DNA of 48,003 nt from an uncultured Candidatus Saccharibacteria bacterium (GTDB lineage: Bacteria > Patescibacteriota > Minisyncoccia > Phycocordibacterales > CSBR16-119). Shown piece after piece: positions 1 through 8,825 of the stretch. The position numbers and the translations under genes are program-made. How positions within the stretch are numbered: position 1 is the stretch's first letter; the number at the start of each line of letters is the position of its first letter. The notes below the pieces were generated by a model. It ran no database searches. It was not told the DNA's origin and saw only the letters and a program-made list of their open reading frames with translations. Location of the stretch: contig CAZTRC010000003.1 of NCBI GenBank assembly GCA_964615845.1, positions 1 to 48,003 of the forward strand. Reading direction: 5' to 3'.

Positions 1-1
1 G

Positions 2-136
2 ACCGTCGACAATGACTATGGCGACACAACCGTAAACGCGGTCAAAAAATTCCAAACAGAACAAAAACTCTCAGCAGATGGCCAAACTGGTGAGGGAACG
101 TATAAGAAGATGATTGAGTGGCTGGAGGATAACTAA
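2..136 (+). CDS. 3' end of a CDS truncated by the window edge; C-terminal peptidoglycan-binding (PG_binding_1-like) repeat
   Basis: Frame 2 reads TVDNDYGDTTVNAVKKFQTEQKLSADGQTGEGTYKKMIEWLEDN then TAA at 134-136. This fits the G-x-x-T-x-x-AV-x-x-FQ ... L-x-x-DG-x-x-G-x-x-T pattern of PG-binding domains. Confidence 0.6.
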   Translation, partial: TVDNDYGDTTVNAVKKFQTEQKLSADGQTGEGTYKKMIEWLEDN

Positions 137-137
137 A

Positions 138-713
138 ATGAAAAAAGTTTATATAGTGCATGGCTGGGACGGCAGTCCAGATGAGCCATTGTTCAAATGG
201 CTTGATAAAGAACTGACATTAAAAGGTTATGAAGTATTTCGTGTTGCAATGCCGACACCTGAAACTCCAATAATCGAAACATGGGTTGAGAGATTACAAG
301 AATCAATAAATCTGGATTCCGAAACTATTCTTGTAGGACATAGCGTTGGTTGCCAGGCCATAATGCGTTATTTGGAAACCTTGTCTGAAGAAAGCAGAAT
401 TGATGGGGTCGTTTTGTTGGCGCCATGGATGAAACTTGATCAAACTACGATTGAAGAAGAAGGCGAAGAGGTTGTTGAAATTGCACGTCCGTGGATGGAA
501 ACAGCGATTAATTTCAATAAGGTGAAACTGATAGCTGGTAAAATTATTGCAATATTTTCAGATAACGATGATTTTGTTGAATTGAGCCAAAAAGACTTCT
601 TTGAAGAAAAATTGAATGCGCAAACTATTGTTGAACACGAAAAAGGTCATTTCAGTCCAGCCGAAAATATTTCTGAACTACCATCGGCGCTAGAAAGTAT
701 TTTAAGTTTGTAA
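138..713 (+). CDS. alpha/beta serine hydrolase, YdeN/RBBP9-like
   Basis: The ORF 114-713 has an internal ATG at 138 (MKKVYIVHGWDGSP), 1 nt after the upstream stop. It carries a GHSVG nucleophile-elbow motif and a C-terminal EKGHF histidine motif. The size, about 190 aa, is typical of this family. Confidence 0.75.
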   Translation: MKKVYIVHGWDGSPDEPLFKWLDKELTLKGYEVFRVAMPTPETPIIETWVERLQESINLDSETILVGHSVGCQAIMRYLETLSEESRIDGVVLLAPWMKLDQTTIEEEGEEVVEIARPWMETAINFNKVKLIAGKIIAIFSDNDDFVELSQKDFFEEKLNAQTIVEHEKGHFSPAENISELPSALESILSL

Positions 714-918
714 AAACAAAAAGCTTTTTCGAAAATAATTTTTTTTATAAAAACTATTTTAAAAAAGTTATCCACATTTTTGTCTAAACATTATTGTATA
801 AACATTTCATATGTAAGATAATTTAATCACAAGAGCAATAGCTTTTTTCAAAAAATATTTTGAAAAAAATTTTTGGTCGAAAGTTGTTGCGAATTTATTA
901 AGACTAATTGAAAATAAT

Positions 919-1011
919 ATGGCCGCTAAAAAAAGAAAAGCAGCGAAGAAGACTGTAAAGAAAGCAAAGAAGAAAGCTGCGAAGAAGAAAACAGCTCGAC
1001 GACGACGATAG
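919..1011 (+). CDS. 30-aa Lys/Ala/Arg-rich micro-protein (MAAKKRKAAKKTVKKAKKKAAKKKTARRRR)
   Basis: ATG at 919 and TAG at 1009-1011. It is too short for the ORF track. It sits in its own AT-rich intergenic unit and is followed 20 nt later by a strong intrinsic terminator. The 106-aa antisense track ORF 904-1224 is low-complexity shadow. Confidence 0.55.
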   Translation: MAAKKRKAAKKTVKKAKKKAAKKKTARRRR

Positions 1012-1030
1012 TAAAATATCTGCCTTGTAA

Positions 1031-1062
1031 CGAAAGTCCCGCCTCGCGGGATTTTCGTTTTT
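1031..1062 (+). terminator. rho-independent terminator
   Basis: CGAAAGTCCCGC-CTC-GCGGGATTTTCG forms a 12-bp stem (one G-T wobble) followed by TTTTT. Confidence 0.8.
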
Positions 1063-1081
1063 GTGATAATATTGCCTGACT

Positions 1082-3619
1082 ATGTCTATAGTTTCATCTA
1101 TAAAAGATATGTTCGGGGACGGCAATGCCGGCTTTTTGAAAGAGGCCGAAAAGGTGGTCAAAGCAGTGAACGCCTTGGAGGCGGGTCTAACTGAGCTCTC
1201 GGCCGAAGAATTCCCTAAGCGCACAAATGCTTTAAAAGAACGCTTTTTGGCTGGGGAAACTCTGGACCAGATATTGCCAGAAGCTTTTGCTCTGGTTCGC
1301 GAAGCCTCGAAAAGGACTCGCGGCCAGCGCCACTATGATGTCCAAATAATCGGCGGATACGCGCTTCACAAAGGCAAAATTGCCGAGATGAAAACCGGCG
1401 AAGGTAAGACTCTCGTTGCGACGCTACCTGTGTACCTGAACGCTATCGCGGGCCAAGGCGTCCATGTCGTGACCGTCAACGACTTCCTCGCGCGCCGCGA
1501 CGCCACGTGGATGGGGCAGATCTACGCCTACCTCGGGCTCACTGTCGCCGTCGTGAATTCCCAAAATGTTTCTTATATATATGATAGCGCGGCCGATCCA
1601 GCCAAAGACAAAGAACGCGACGAAGTCGGTTCATTCAAAGTCGTGTATGAATTTCTAAAACCTTGTGGTCGCAAAGAGGCATACGCCGCTGACATCACTT
1701 ACGGCACCAACAACGAATATGGTTTTGATTATTTGCGCGACAACTTGGCTCAAAATACTTCTGGGCTTGTCCAGCGCGGACATTATTTCGCCGTCGTTGA
1801 CGAAGTCGACTCTATCCTCATCGACGAGGCCCGCACTCCGCTTATCATCTCTGCTCCAGCCGAAGAATCTGGCGAGCTTTATGTGCGTTTTGCGGAAATT
1901 TCCAAACAACTGCAACCAGAAACTCACTACGGCATCGACGAAAAGCTTCGTGCCATCACCTTGAACGACGCCGGTATCGAACTCGCCGAGAAACTCCTCG
2001 GAATTGAAAACATTTATACTGAAAAAGGCATCAAATACGTCCACCACCTCGAGACAGCGGTGCGAGCCAGCGCGCTTTTCAAACGCGACAAAGAATATGT
2101 GGTCAACAACGGCGAAGTTATCATCATCGACCAATCAACTGGGCGCATGATGCCAGGCCGAAGATTCAATCAAGGCCTTCACCAAGCGCTCGAAGCCAAA
2201 GAAGGCGTCGAGATCAAGCAGGAAACCAAGACTGTCGCTTCGATCACTTACCAAAACTACTTCAGGTTTTACAAAAAGTTAAGCGGTATGACCGGTACGG
2301 CCAAGACTTCGCAAGAAGAGTTTTACACCGTCTACGGTCTCGACGTCATTAGCATCCCGACCAATGTCCCGGTAGCGCGCCTCGATCATGATGACCTCAT
2401 TTTCCAAACCGAGAAGGGCAAATTCCAAGCGATTGCGCGTAAAATAAAAGAAGTGAACCAAACCGGCCAGCCTATCCTCATCGGTACCATCTCGATCGAA
2501 CGCAACGAACTCTTGTCAGAATACCTCCGCAAAGAAGGCATTTCGCACACGATCTTGAACGCCAAGAAACACGAGTCCGAAGGCGAGATCGTAGCCTCAG
2601 CTGGAAAGCTCGGCGCGGTGACGATCGCGACCAACATGGCAGGTCGTGGTATCGACATCAAGCTCGGCGGGGAAATGGCGACGCCGGAACAGCACGCTCA
2701 AGTGAAATCTCTCGGCGGACTCTTTGTCCTCGGAACTGAGCGCCATGAATCTCGCCGTATCGACAACCAGCTCCGCGGACGCTCCGGCCGCCAAGGCGAT
2801 CCGGGCGCGACACAATTTTTCGTCTCTCTCGATGACGACCTCATGCGTATCTTCGGCGGAGATAGGATGAAAGCCATGATGGGTAGATTTGGCATCAGTG
2901 AAGACGAGCCGATCAAAAACAGCTTCATCAGCCGGGCTATCGAGAGTGCCCAGAAGAAAATCGAAGGCTTCAATTTCGATTCGCGAAAGAACACGCTCGA
3001 ATATGACAACGTCCTAAATACCCAGAGAAATGCTATCTACGCTCGCCGAAAGAAGATGCTCTCGGCTCCGGACGCTGAAATACAGGAGTTCTTGTTTGAA
3101 ATCGCGCCGGATAGGGTGAAAATGGAGGAGCTGATTGCGGCGAAAATCCAAGAAGTCGGCGAAGCGCAATTTTATAACACCGCTCGCCGGATTATTCTCT
3201 ACGTCACCGACATCTTGTGGATTGAGCACCTAGAGACGATGGATCATGTCCGCTCATCCGTGAATCTCCGCGCCTACGGCCAAAGAGAGCCGATTATCGA
3301 ATACAAGAAAGAAGGCTTGAACTTCTTCAACCAAATGGAAGCATCCCTCAAAGAGCAGGTCTTGTCTCTCATCGACACCATCCGCGTCGCCGCCGCGTCA
3401 GCCGAAGCTCCGAAAGAAGCGCCGAAGCAATACATGGAGAGCGGCGGGGGAACTGAGTCCGAAAACGCTGGCCAAACCATCCAAAAATCCGAAGAAGACA
3501 AAATCGGGCGTAACGACATTGTCATTATCCAAAAGGGAACTGAAACTCAAGAAATTAAATACAAAAAAGCGGAGCAATTGCTCGCGGAAGGATGGACGAT
3601 AAAGGAGGTTAAGAAATAA
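1082..3619 (+). CDS. secA: preprotein translocase ATPase SecA
   Basis: 845 aa. Walker A is MKTGEGKT, the DEAD-like box is VDEVDSILIDEARTPLIIS, and the motifs TGMTGTA and RGRSGRQGDPG are unmistakable SecA signatures. Confidence 0.98.
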   Translation: MSIVSSIKDMFGDGNAGFLKEAEKVVKAVNALEAGLTELSAEEFPKRTNALKERFLAGETLDQILPEAFALVREASKRTRGQRHYDVQIIGGYALHKGKIAEMKTGEGKTLVATLPVYLNAIAGQGVHVVTVNDFLARRDATWMGQIYAYLGLTVAVVNSQNVSYIYDSAADPAKDKERDEVGSFKVVYEFLKPCGRKEAYAADITYGTNNEYGFDYLRDNLAQNTSGLVQRGHYFAVVDEVDSILIDEARTPLIISAPAEESGELYVRFAEISKQLQPETHYGIDEKLRAITLNDAGIELAEKLLGIENIYTEKGIKYVHHLETAVRASALFKRDKEYVVNNGEVIIIDQSTGRMMPGRRFNQGLHQALEAKEGVEIKQETKTVASITYQNYFRFYKKLSGMTGTAKTSQEEFYTVYGLDVISIPTNVPVARLDHDDLIFQTEKGKFQAIARKIKEVNQTGQPILIGTISIERNELLSEYLRKEGISHTILNAKKHESEGEIVASAGKLGAVTIATNMAGRGIDIKLGGEMATPEQHAQVKSLGGLFVLGTERHESRRIDNQLRGRSGRQGDPGATQFFVSLDDDLMRIFGGDRMKAMMGRFGISEDEPIKNSFISRAIESAQKKIEGFNFDSRKNTLEYDNVLNTQRNAIYARRKKMLSAPDAEIQEFLFEIAPDRVKMEELIAAKIQEVGEAQFYNTARRIILYVTDILWIEHLETMDHVRSSVNLRAYGQREPIIEYKKEGLNFFNQMEASLKEQVLSLIDTIRVAAASAEAPKEAPKQYMESGGGTESENAGQTIQKSEEDKIGRNDIVIIQKGTETQEIKYKKAEQLLAEGWTIKEVKK

Positions 3620-3628
3620 AACAGGGAC

Positions 3629-3660
3629 ACCCCGGAAGGCCGGGGTATCTTGTTGTTTGT
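3629..3660. terminator. bidirectional intrinsic terminator between secA and the convergent ORF
   Basis: ACCCCGG-AAGG-CCGGGGT stem followed by a T-rich tail (ATCTTGTTGTTTGT). Confidence 0.7.
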
Positions 3661-3667
3661 GCGCATG

Positions 3668-3994
3668 TCAATCTTTCTTGGTTAGCGCTTGTTCGAACCT
3701 CAGGGTTCCATACACCGCTGCTCGATTAGCAATGGTGGAGATTATCCACTGAAGGTCTCGTATCCGCTTAGGGTCCATTTCGGAGAGGATCTCATCCAAT
3801 TCCGCGAATGTTTCCTCTTCCATGACGTCAGCTGGTTCCAACTCCATGATGTCAGTTATCTCACCGACAATACTGAGGTCTTCAGCGACGCTTTCCCTGG
3901 AAGTACCCGCGGGACGTGTAAGGAAACTCACTGTCATCGTTGGATTGGTTCCCAAGCTCTTGAGCATCAGGAGAAAGAACTGTCGTTTCATCAT
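3668..3994 (-). CDS. hypothetical acidic protein (108 aa)
   Basis: This is the most protein-like of three overlapping ORFs. The + strand alternatives are Ser/Leu/Cys-rich shadows. It ends next to the shared terminator. No recognisable motif. Confidence 0.45.
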   Translation of the reverse strand: MMKRQFFLLMLKSLGTNPTMTVSFLTRPAGTSRESVAEDLSIVGEITDIMELEPADVMEEETFAELDEILSEMDPKRIRDLQWIISTIANRAAVYGTLRFEQALTKKD

Positions 3995-4188
3995 CTTGAG
4001 TTTAGTTGGTCCACAATTTATGATATTTTATAGCTTTTGTCAACTTTTAAATCGTCTTTTTAGCCGGCTTTTGGCGGGGGAGTCGATTTTACGAATCCAA
4101 AATTCTATAATAATCAATTCCCAAAATCACCCAAAAACCCTTGTAAAACAAGGCTTCCTGGCATTTGACAGATTCGGCTTTTTATGGC

Positions 4189-4217
4189 TTGACAAGAGTC
4201 TATGGACATGCTAAGAT
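4189..4217 (+). promoter_or_regulatory. sigma-70-type promoter (TTGACA-17 nt-TAAGAT)
   Basis: TTGACA lies at 4189-4194 and TAAGAT at 4212-4217, with a 17-nt spacer. The promoter is about 120 nt upstream of the ATG at 4336. Confidence 0.55.
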
Positions 4218-4335
4218 TACTTCGTAAATCCCGAAAGGGGTTTTTTAGTTTCCTCGGCCATTGCCCACGGGCAAGATGCAAATCTAGCCGAACGAGACTT
4301 TCAGTCAAGGTGTTGTCGGAGCGAAACCGTCAAAT

Positions 4336-4962
4336 ATGAATAAAAACATAACCAATAAACTACACTCATTTATCCTTTTACCTCTCTTGCTTGGTAACAT
4401 TGCAAGCCCGGACGTCCTCTCTAAAGAGGTTGCTCCAGAGAAAGAAGTGCAGAATGAAAGCCTAGGATTGAACTTTAAAATCTTCAGTAACTCTCTCAAA
4501 GAAAAAACCGACTTCGTTGTCATCGACAATCGTGCAGCCAAGATCGACGCTTACTTCGCCCAGTGGGATCTCCCGCTTGCAGGCCATGGTAAGGGTATGA
4601 TCGAAGCCGCCGACAAATATGGTATCGACTGGAGACTTCTCCCGGCGCTTGCCATGCTCGAGACGACTGGCGGTAAAAATCTCTGTGGTAATGGTACGAA
4701 CTTGAACGCTTTCGGTTTTGGATCATGTAAGATTCACTTCTCGACGTTCGAAGCTTCGTTCGAAGCTGTCGCCAAGACTGTTTCTGGTAACGGAGAAAAG
4801 ACTTCACACCTTTATAAAGGTAAGTCTGTCCCGGAAATTCTCGAGGTTTACAATCCTCCAGAAGTTGTCGGTATCATGCCAAACTATCACAAGAAAGCTT
4901 TGAAGGTCATGGAAGAGATCAATGAAATGTCAGTTGAAACTAGCTTCCTAGTTCAAGCCTAA
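4336..4962 (+). CDS. secreted protein, putative peptidoglycan hydrolase (glucosaminidase/lysozyme-like)
   Basis: There is an N-terminal hydrophobic signal (LHSFILLPLLLGNIASP). The segment YGIDWRLLPALAMLETTGGKNLCG...NAFGFG resembles the catalytic-Glu region of muramidase/glucosaminidase folds. Confidence 0.45.
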   Translation: MNKNITNKLHSFILLPLLLGNIASPDVLSKEVAPEKEVQNESLGLNFKIFSNSLKEKTDFVVIDNRAAKIDAYFAQWDLPLAGHGKGMIEAADKYGIDWRLLPALAMLETTGGKNLCGNGTNLNAFGFGSCKIHFSTFEASFEAVAKTVSGNGEKTSHLYKGKSVPEILEVYNPPEVVGIMPNYHKKALKVMEEINEMSVETSFLVQA

Positions 4963-5002
4963 TACAAAAAGACCCCAAGCATTTGCGAGGGGTCTTTTTG
5001 TA
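4963..5002. terminator. bidirectional intrinsic terminator
   Basis: TACAAAAAGACCCC ... GGGGTCTTTTTGTA forms a 14-bp stem with A and T runs on both sides. It lies between convergent stops at 4962 and 5003. Confidence 0.85.
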
Positions 5003-8000
5003 TTAAATAATTTCTTTTATCTCATCTATCACGATCGTTTTCTCGCCGTCGCGAATGCTGACTTTGCCTTTGATGGCTAGAATTTTATCGACGAGGAGGG
5101 AATTCATTTGTTTCTTGTAAATCGTCGGGAAGGCGACGGCCTCAATCGTACCCGAGAGATCTTCGAGTTGGATGAACGCCATTTGCTGATTTTTCTTTGT
5201 GATGATGATTTTCACTGTTTGTACAACACAAGCCAGCGTCACCGGCTGGTCTTGGCGACCAACAGTTTTAATTTTCAAAATATTCGTACCAGATTTCTCA
5301 ATCTTTTCACGAATATCATCGAGCGGATGACCAGAGACGTATAGTCCAAGCAATTCTTTTTCCCAGGCCAGCTTTGTCTTTGGTGTCGCGGGCGCTGAGT
5401 CATTTAGGTGGAGTATTGATTTGGGTGCCAAGCTTCCACCAAACAGGCTGCCCTGGTCTTTGTCAGTTTTCGAAAATGATTTATTGAACTCTGTCAGGTT
5501 TTCAACATTTGCCACCAGCACTCCGCGATCGCCAAATGAATCCATCGCGCCGGACTTGATGAGAGCTTCGAGAGACTTTTTGTTCACGTTTTTGTGCGTG
5601 ACGCGTTCGAGGAAGTCGGCGAGACTTGTGAATTTGCCGCGAACCCTTCTTTCTTCGATGATGGCGTCAGCGATGTCGGTGCCGAGGTTTTTGATGGTAT
5701 AAAAACCGAAGCGGATAGCGTCTATACCGGTATCGTTTTTGATAACCGTGAATCCACCAAAACATTCGTTAACGTCAGGAGGTAAGACCTTGATTCCCAT
5801 ACGGTCGCACTCGTGAATAATTTCTGAGATTTTTTCGACATCACCGGATTCGGCGGTGAGAATTGCTGTCATGTAAGGAACAGGAAAGTTCGCTTTCATG
5901 TATCCCGTTTGGTAAGCGACGCGCCCGTAACTTGCAGCATGGGCTTTGTTGAATCCGTATGCGGCGAATGGTTCGATCAGAAGCCATAGAGCATTTGCTT
6001 TGTCTTTCGGTAGTCCATTTTTAATAAATCCCGAAATCAGTTTTTCTTTCTCAGCGGCCATAACTTCGGGGATCTTTTTACCCATGGCCTTTCGGAGCTT
6101 GTCGGCTTCGAGCCAGCTGTAACCGCCGAGATGTATAGCGATGAGGAGGACGTCGTCTTGATATGTAATGACGCCATATGACTGAGACAGAATTTCTTTC
6201 ATCCGAGGGTCTAGGTATTTTATGAGGTGTGAGTTTTGTTTACGTCTGATGTACTCGGGAATGATTTCCATTGGTCCAGGTCGATAGAGGGCGACCATGG
6301 CATTGATGTCGTCGATAACAGTTGGACGGAGCTCCTTCAAGTACCGCGTCATGCCTGAGCCGTTTAGTTGGAAGAGTCCGATAGTTTCTCCGCGGGCAAG
6401 CATCTCGTAAGTCTTTCTGTTATCCATGGGGATGTTTTCAATGTCGACAATAACGCCCTCAGTCTTTTCTACAAGTCTGACTGCGTCAGCGAGGATTGCC
6501 AAGTTTCTGATTCCAAGAAAGTCGAATTTGATAAGCCCGGCAGACTCAACGGCGTGCATGTCGTATTGAGTGATGATCTTTCCGCCCTTTGGGTCGAGCT
6601 GAATTGGCGCGTAGTCGTCGACTCTGGTCGGTGAGATCACGACACCAGCGGCGTGAACAGAGATGTGGCGAGCACAGCCTTCGATTTTCTTTGCGAGGTC
6701 TATTATTTCTTTTGTTGCTTTGTCCTTGTCGTATTGTTCGGAGAGCTCCGGAACCATCTTTAAAGCCTTGTCGATAGTCATGGCGAAGCCTTGCTTGCCA
6801 AGAGGGATTAGTTTTGAAATTTTGTCACCGACACCGTATGGATAACCGAGTGCGCGCGCGACGTCACGGACGGAACCGCGGGCCATCATTGTTCCAAAAG
6901 TTCCGATCTGAGCGACGGCATTCTCGCCATACTTTTTTCGGGCGTAATCGATAACTTCGTCACGGCGGTTATCAGCAAAGTCCATGTCAATATCCGGCGC
7001 TGAAGGTCGCTCAGGGTTTAGGAATCTTTCGAACGGGAGTTTGAAGTGGAGCGGGTCGACGTTGGTGATGCCAAGGAGGTATGTACAGATTGAACCTGCC
7101 ACCGATCCTCGGATGTTCGTCAATATTTTGTTTTCTGAAGCGAAACGGATAAGGTCTGCCACGATGAGGAGGTAAATAGAGAAGCCTTTGTTCTTGATGA
7201 TCTCAAGCTCGTACTCGATACGTTTTTCGATTTCTTCTCGGCTTTCGCCGTAGCGACGAGGAATTCCTGCATATACATATTTGCGAAGTTGGGATTCGGC
7301 ATCTTCGCCGGGTTCCAATTCGAATTTGGGAAAGACCCATTTGCCGAGCTCGATTTGGATATCCACCATGTCGGCGATTTTGCCAGTGTTCTCGACAGCT
7401 TCCGGCACGTCTTTGAAATATTCTAGAGCTTCGTTTTGGTCGATGAGGTGATAGTCGCCGGACATTTCGAGATCACGGCTATTGGTATTGATGGCAAGCA
7501 GAGTCTTGTGCGCTTCCTTGTCATCTTGGTGCAGATAATGTGAATCCCAAGTGGCGACAACAGGAATATCGAATTTCTTGCTCAAGGCCCGCACTCCTTC
7601 TTTCAATATTTCATAATTGTCGACTTCCTTGTGGCCCATGAGTTCGAGAAAGAAATTCTCTTTACCAAAAATGTCTTGATATTTTTTGATGATATTTTCG
7701 GCGCGTTCATCGTTCTTGGCGCGAATGGCATTTGCGAGTTCTCCGGCGGGACAACCCGAAAGGCAGATGATACCTTCAGCATGTTTACGGAGAATTTCTT
7801 CATCCATGCGCGGCTTGTAATAATAGCCATCGATGAAGGAGGCCGAGACAAGCTTCATGAGATTCCTGTAGCCGGTGTTGTTCTTGGCGAGGAGGGTTAG
7901 GTGATAGCGTTTGTTGTCGATATTTGGTTCTTTGTCTTTACGGCCGCGTTCGGCGATGTAAGCTTCGACGCCGATAATGGGCTTGATGCCTGCATCAAGG

Positions 8001-8179
8001 CACTCCTGGTAAAACTCAATCGCGCCGTACATCGCTCCGTGATCAGTAATGGCTAGAGCCTTCATGCCGAACTTCTTGGCTTGCGCCACCAAATCGCTCA
8101 CTTTTGACATTCCGTCCAAGAGGGAATAATGCGAATGCGTATGCAAATGGACGAAATCGGGTTTCATAAGTAGGGACAT
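5003..8179 (-). CDS. dnaE: DNA polymerase III alpha subunit
   Basis: 1058 aa. It has an N-terminal PHP domain (FVHLHTHSHYSLLDG), the palm/fingers segment PDIDMDF, and a C-terminal OB fold. The start could instead be the ATG at 8167. Confidence 0.97.
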   Translation of the reverse strand: MSLLMKPDFVHLHTHSHYSLLDGMSKVSDLVAQAKKFGMKALAITDHGAMYGAIEFYQECLDAGIKPIIGVEAYIAERGRKDKEPNIDNKRYHLTLLAKNNTGYRNLMKLVSASFIDGYYYKPRMDEEILRKHAEGIICLSGCPAGELANAIRAKNDERAENIIKKYQDIFGKENFFLELMGHKEVDNYEILKEGVRALSKKFDIPVVATWDSHYLHQDDKEAHKTLLAINTNSRDLEMSGDYHLIDQNEALEYFKDVPEAVENTGKIADMVDIQIELGKWVFPKFELEPGEDAESQLRKYVYAGIPRRYGESREEIEKRIEYELEIIKNKGFSIYLLIVADLIRFASENKILTNIRGSVAGSICTYLLGITNVDPLHFKLPFERFLNPERPSAPDIDMDFADNRRDEVIDYARKKYGENAVAQIGTFGTMMARGSVRDVARALGYPYGVGDKISKLIPLGKQGFAMTIDKALKMVPELSEQYDKDKATKEIIDLAKKIEGCARHISVHAAGVVISPTRVDDYAPIQLDPKGGKIITQYDMHAVESAGLIKFDFLGIRNLAILADAVRLVEKTEGVIVDIENIPMDNRKTYEMLARGETIGLFQLNGSGMTRYLKELRPTVIDDINAMVALYRPGPMEIIPEYIRRKQNSHLIKYLDPRMKEILSQSYGVITYQDDVLLIAIHLGGYSWLEADKLRKAMGKKIPEVMAAEKEKLISGFIKNGLPKDKANALWLLIEPFAAYGFNKAHAASYGRVAYQTGYMKANFPVPYMTAILTAESGDVEKISEIIHECDRMGIKVLPPDVNECFGGFTVIKNDTGIDAIRFGFYTIKNLGTDIADAIIEERRVRGKFTSLADFLERVTHKNVNKKSLEALIKSGAMDSFGDRGVLVANVENLTEFNKSFSKTDKDQGSLFGGSLAPKSILHLNDSAPATPKTKLAWEKELLGLYVSGHPLDDIREKIEKSGTNILKIKTVGRQDQPVTLACVVQTVKIIITKKNQQMAFIQLEDLSGTIEAVAFPTIYKKQMNSLLVDKILAIKGKVSIRDGEKTIVIDEIKEII

Positions 8180-8284
8180 TATAGCAGGTTGAATAGAGTA
8201 TTTTATGAGATATTGACATAAAACTTATACTATGATATAAATAAATCGACAACGCACCCTAACAACCACGAAACAACATACGTC

Positions 8285-8713
8285 ATGGACGCACCTAGCA
8301 AAGCTCTGAAGGCAATCGCCGATGCACCGAAGCCAGATCTCGAAGCGCTCTATATTGATTGGGGTAATTTATTAAAGAAGGTGAAAATTGGCTATTTCAT
8401 TTCGGCCTCGGCTGAAACACTTGTGAAATCACTAGGCTTTAACAAGTACAGTGGTGGTAAAAAAGGTCTGGTTTTTGAGCTATTCTTTCATGTCACCACT
8501 GAGGGATACCTTGCGAAACAAGATCGTGGTGGTCCTGTATGGGTGGCCACGTTCCAAGAAAATGGTACAGCCCAACTTTCCATTGTACAGCGCGTTGGGG
8601 AGAGTCACCAATTTCAAGGATCATGGGAAGAAGTGACTCGTAAGCTCTTCGAGATGGATCAGCTCATGCTCGCACAAGTCCCGGCAGTTCCAGAGGATCT
8701 GAAGAAGCAGTGA
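8285..8713 (+). CDS. hypothetical protein (142 aa)
   Basis: Clean ORF preceded by TTGACA-17-TATAAA (8213-8241) and followed by a terminator. No recognisable motif. Confidence 0.6.
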   Translation: MDAPSKALKAIADAPKPDLEALYIDWGNLLKKVKIGYFISASAETLVKSLGFNKYSGGKKGLVFELFFHVTTEGYLAKQDRGGPVWVATFQENGTAQLSIVQRVGESHQFQGSWEEVTRKLFEMDQLMLAQVPAVPEDLKKQ

Positions 8714-8732
8714 TCATGTTGTTCATGTGGCG

Positions 8733-8758
8733 AAACCCCGGCAATGCCGGGGTTTTCC
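8733..8758 (+). terminator. rho-independent terminator
   Basis: AAACCCCGGC-AAT-GCCGGGGTTT stem followed by TCC and a T-rich stretch. Confidence 0.8.
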
Positions 8759-8781
8759 ATTTTTAAATCACTAATCAACTA

Positions 8782-8817
8782 TCTAACGAATTCTGACGGT
8801 CGTCCAAATGTGTTAGA
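8782..8817. repeat. 36-bp nested palindrome, copy 1 (TCTAAC-7-GACG-GT-CGTC-7-GTTAGA)
   Basis: The sequence is TCTAACgaattctGACGgtCGTCcaaatgtGTTAGA. It ends 8 nt before the ATG at 8826. A second copy with the same 6-7-4-2-4-7-6 layout lies at 9314-9349. Confidence 0.85.
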
Positions 8818-8825
8818 ATATTTTT

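Noticed and set aside
904-1224. 106-aa minus-strand ORF spanning the Lys-rich micro-gene, its terminator and the secA start.
   Set aside because: It crosses a strong terminator hairpin and the secA 5' end. The product is a Ser/Phe/Leu-rich mirror of the AAG/AAA-rich + strand.
4224-4335. A ydaO-type c-di-AMP riboswitch upstream of the putative hydrolase.
   Set aside because: The conserved blocks I remember (GGGGACCCA, GGGGUGAAUC, CCGAAUCCGACAGCUAACC) are not present. Only generic short hairpins are. It is kept only as a low-interest unassigned leader.
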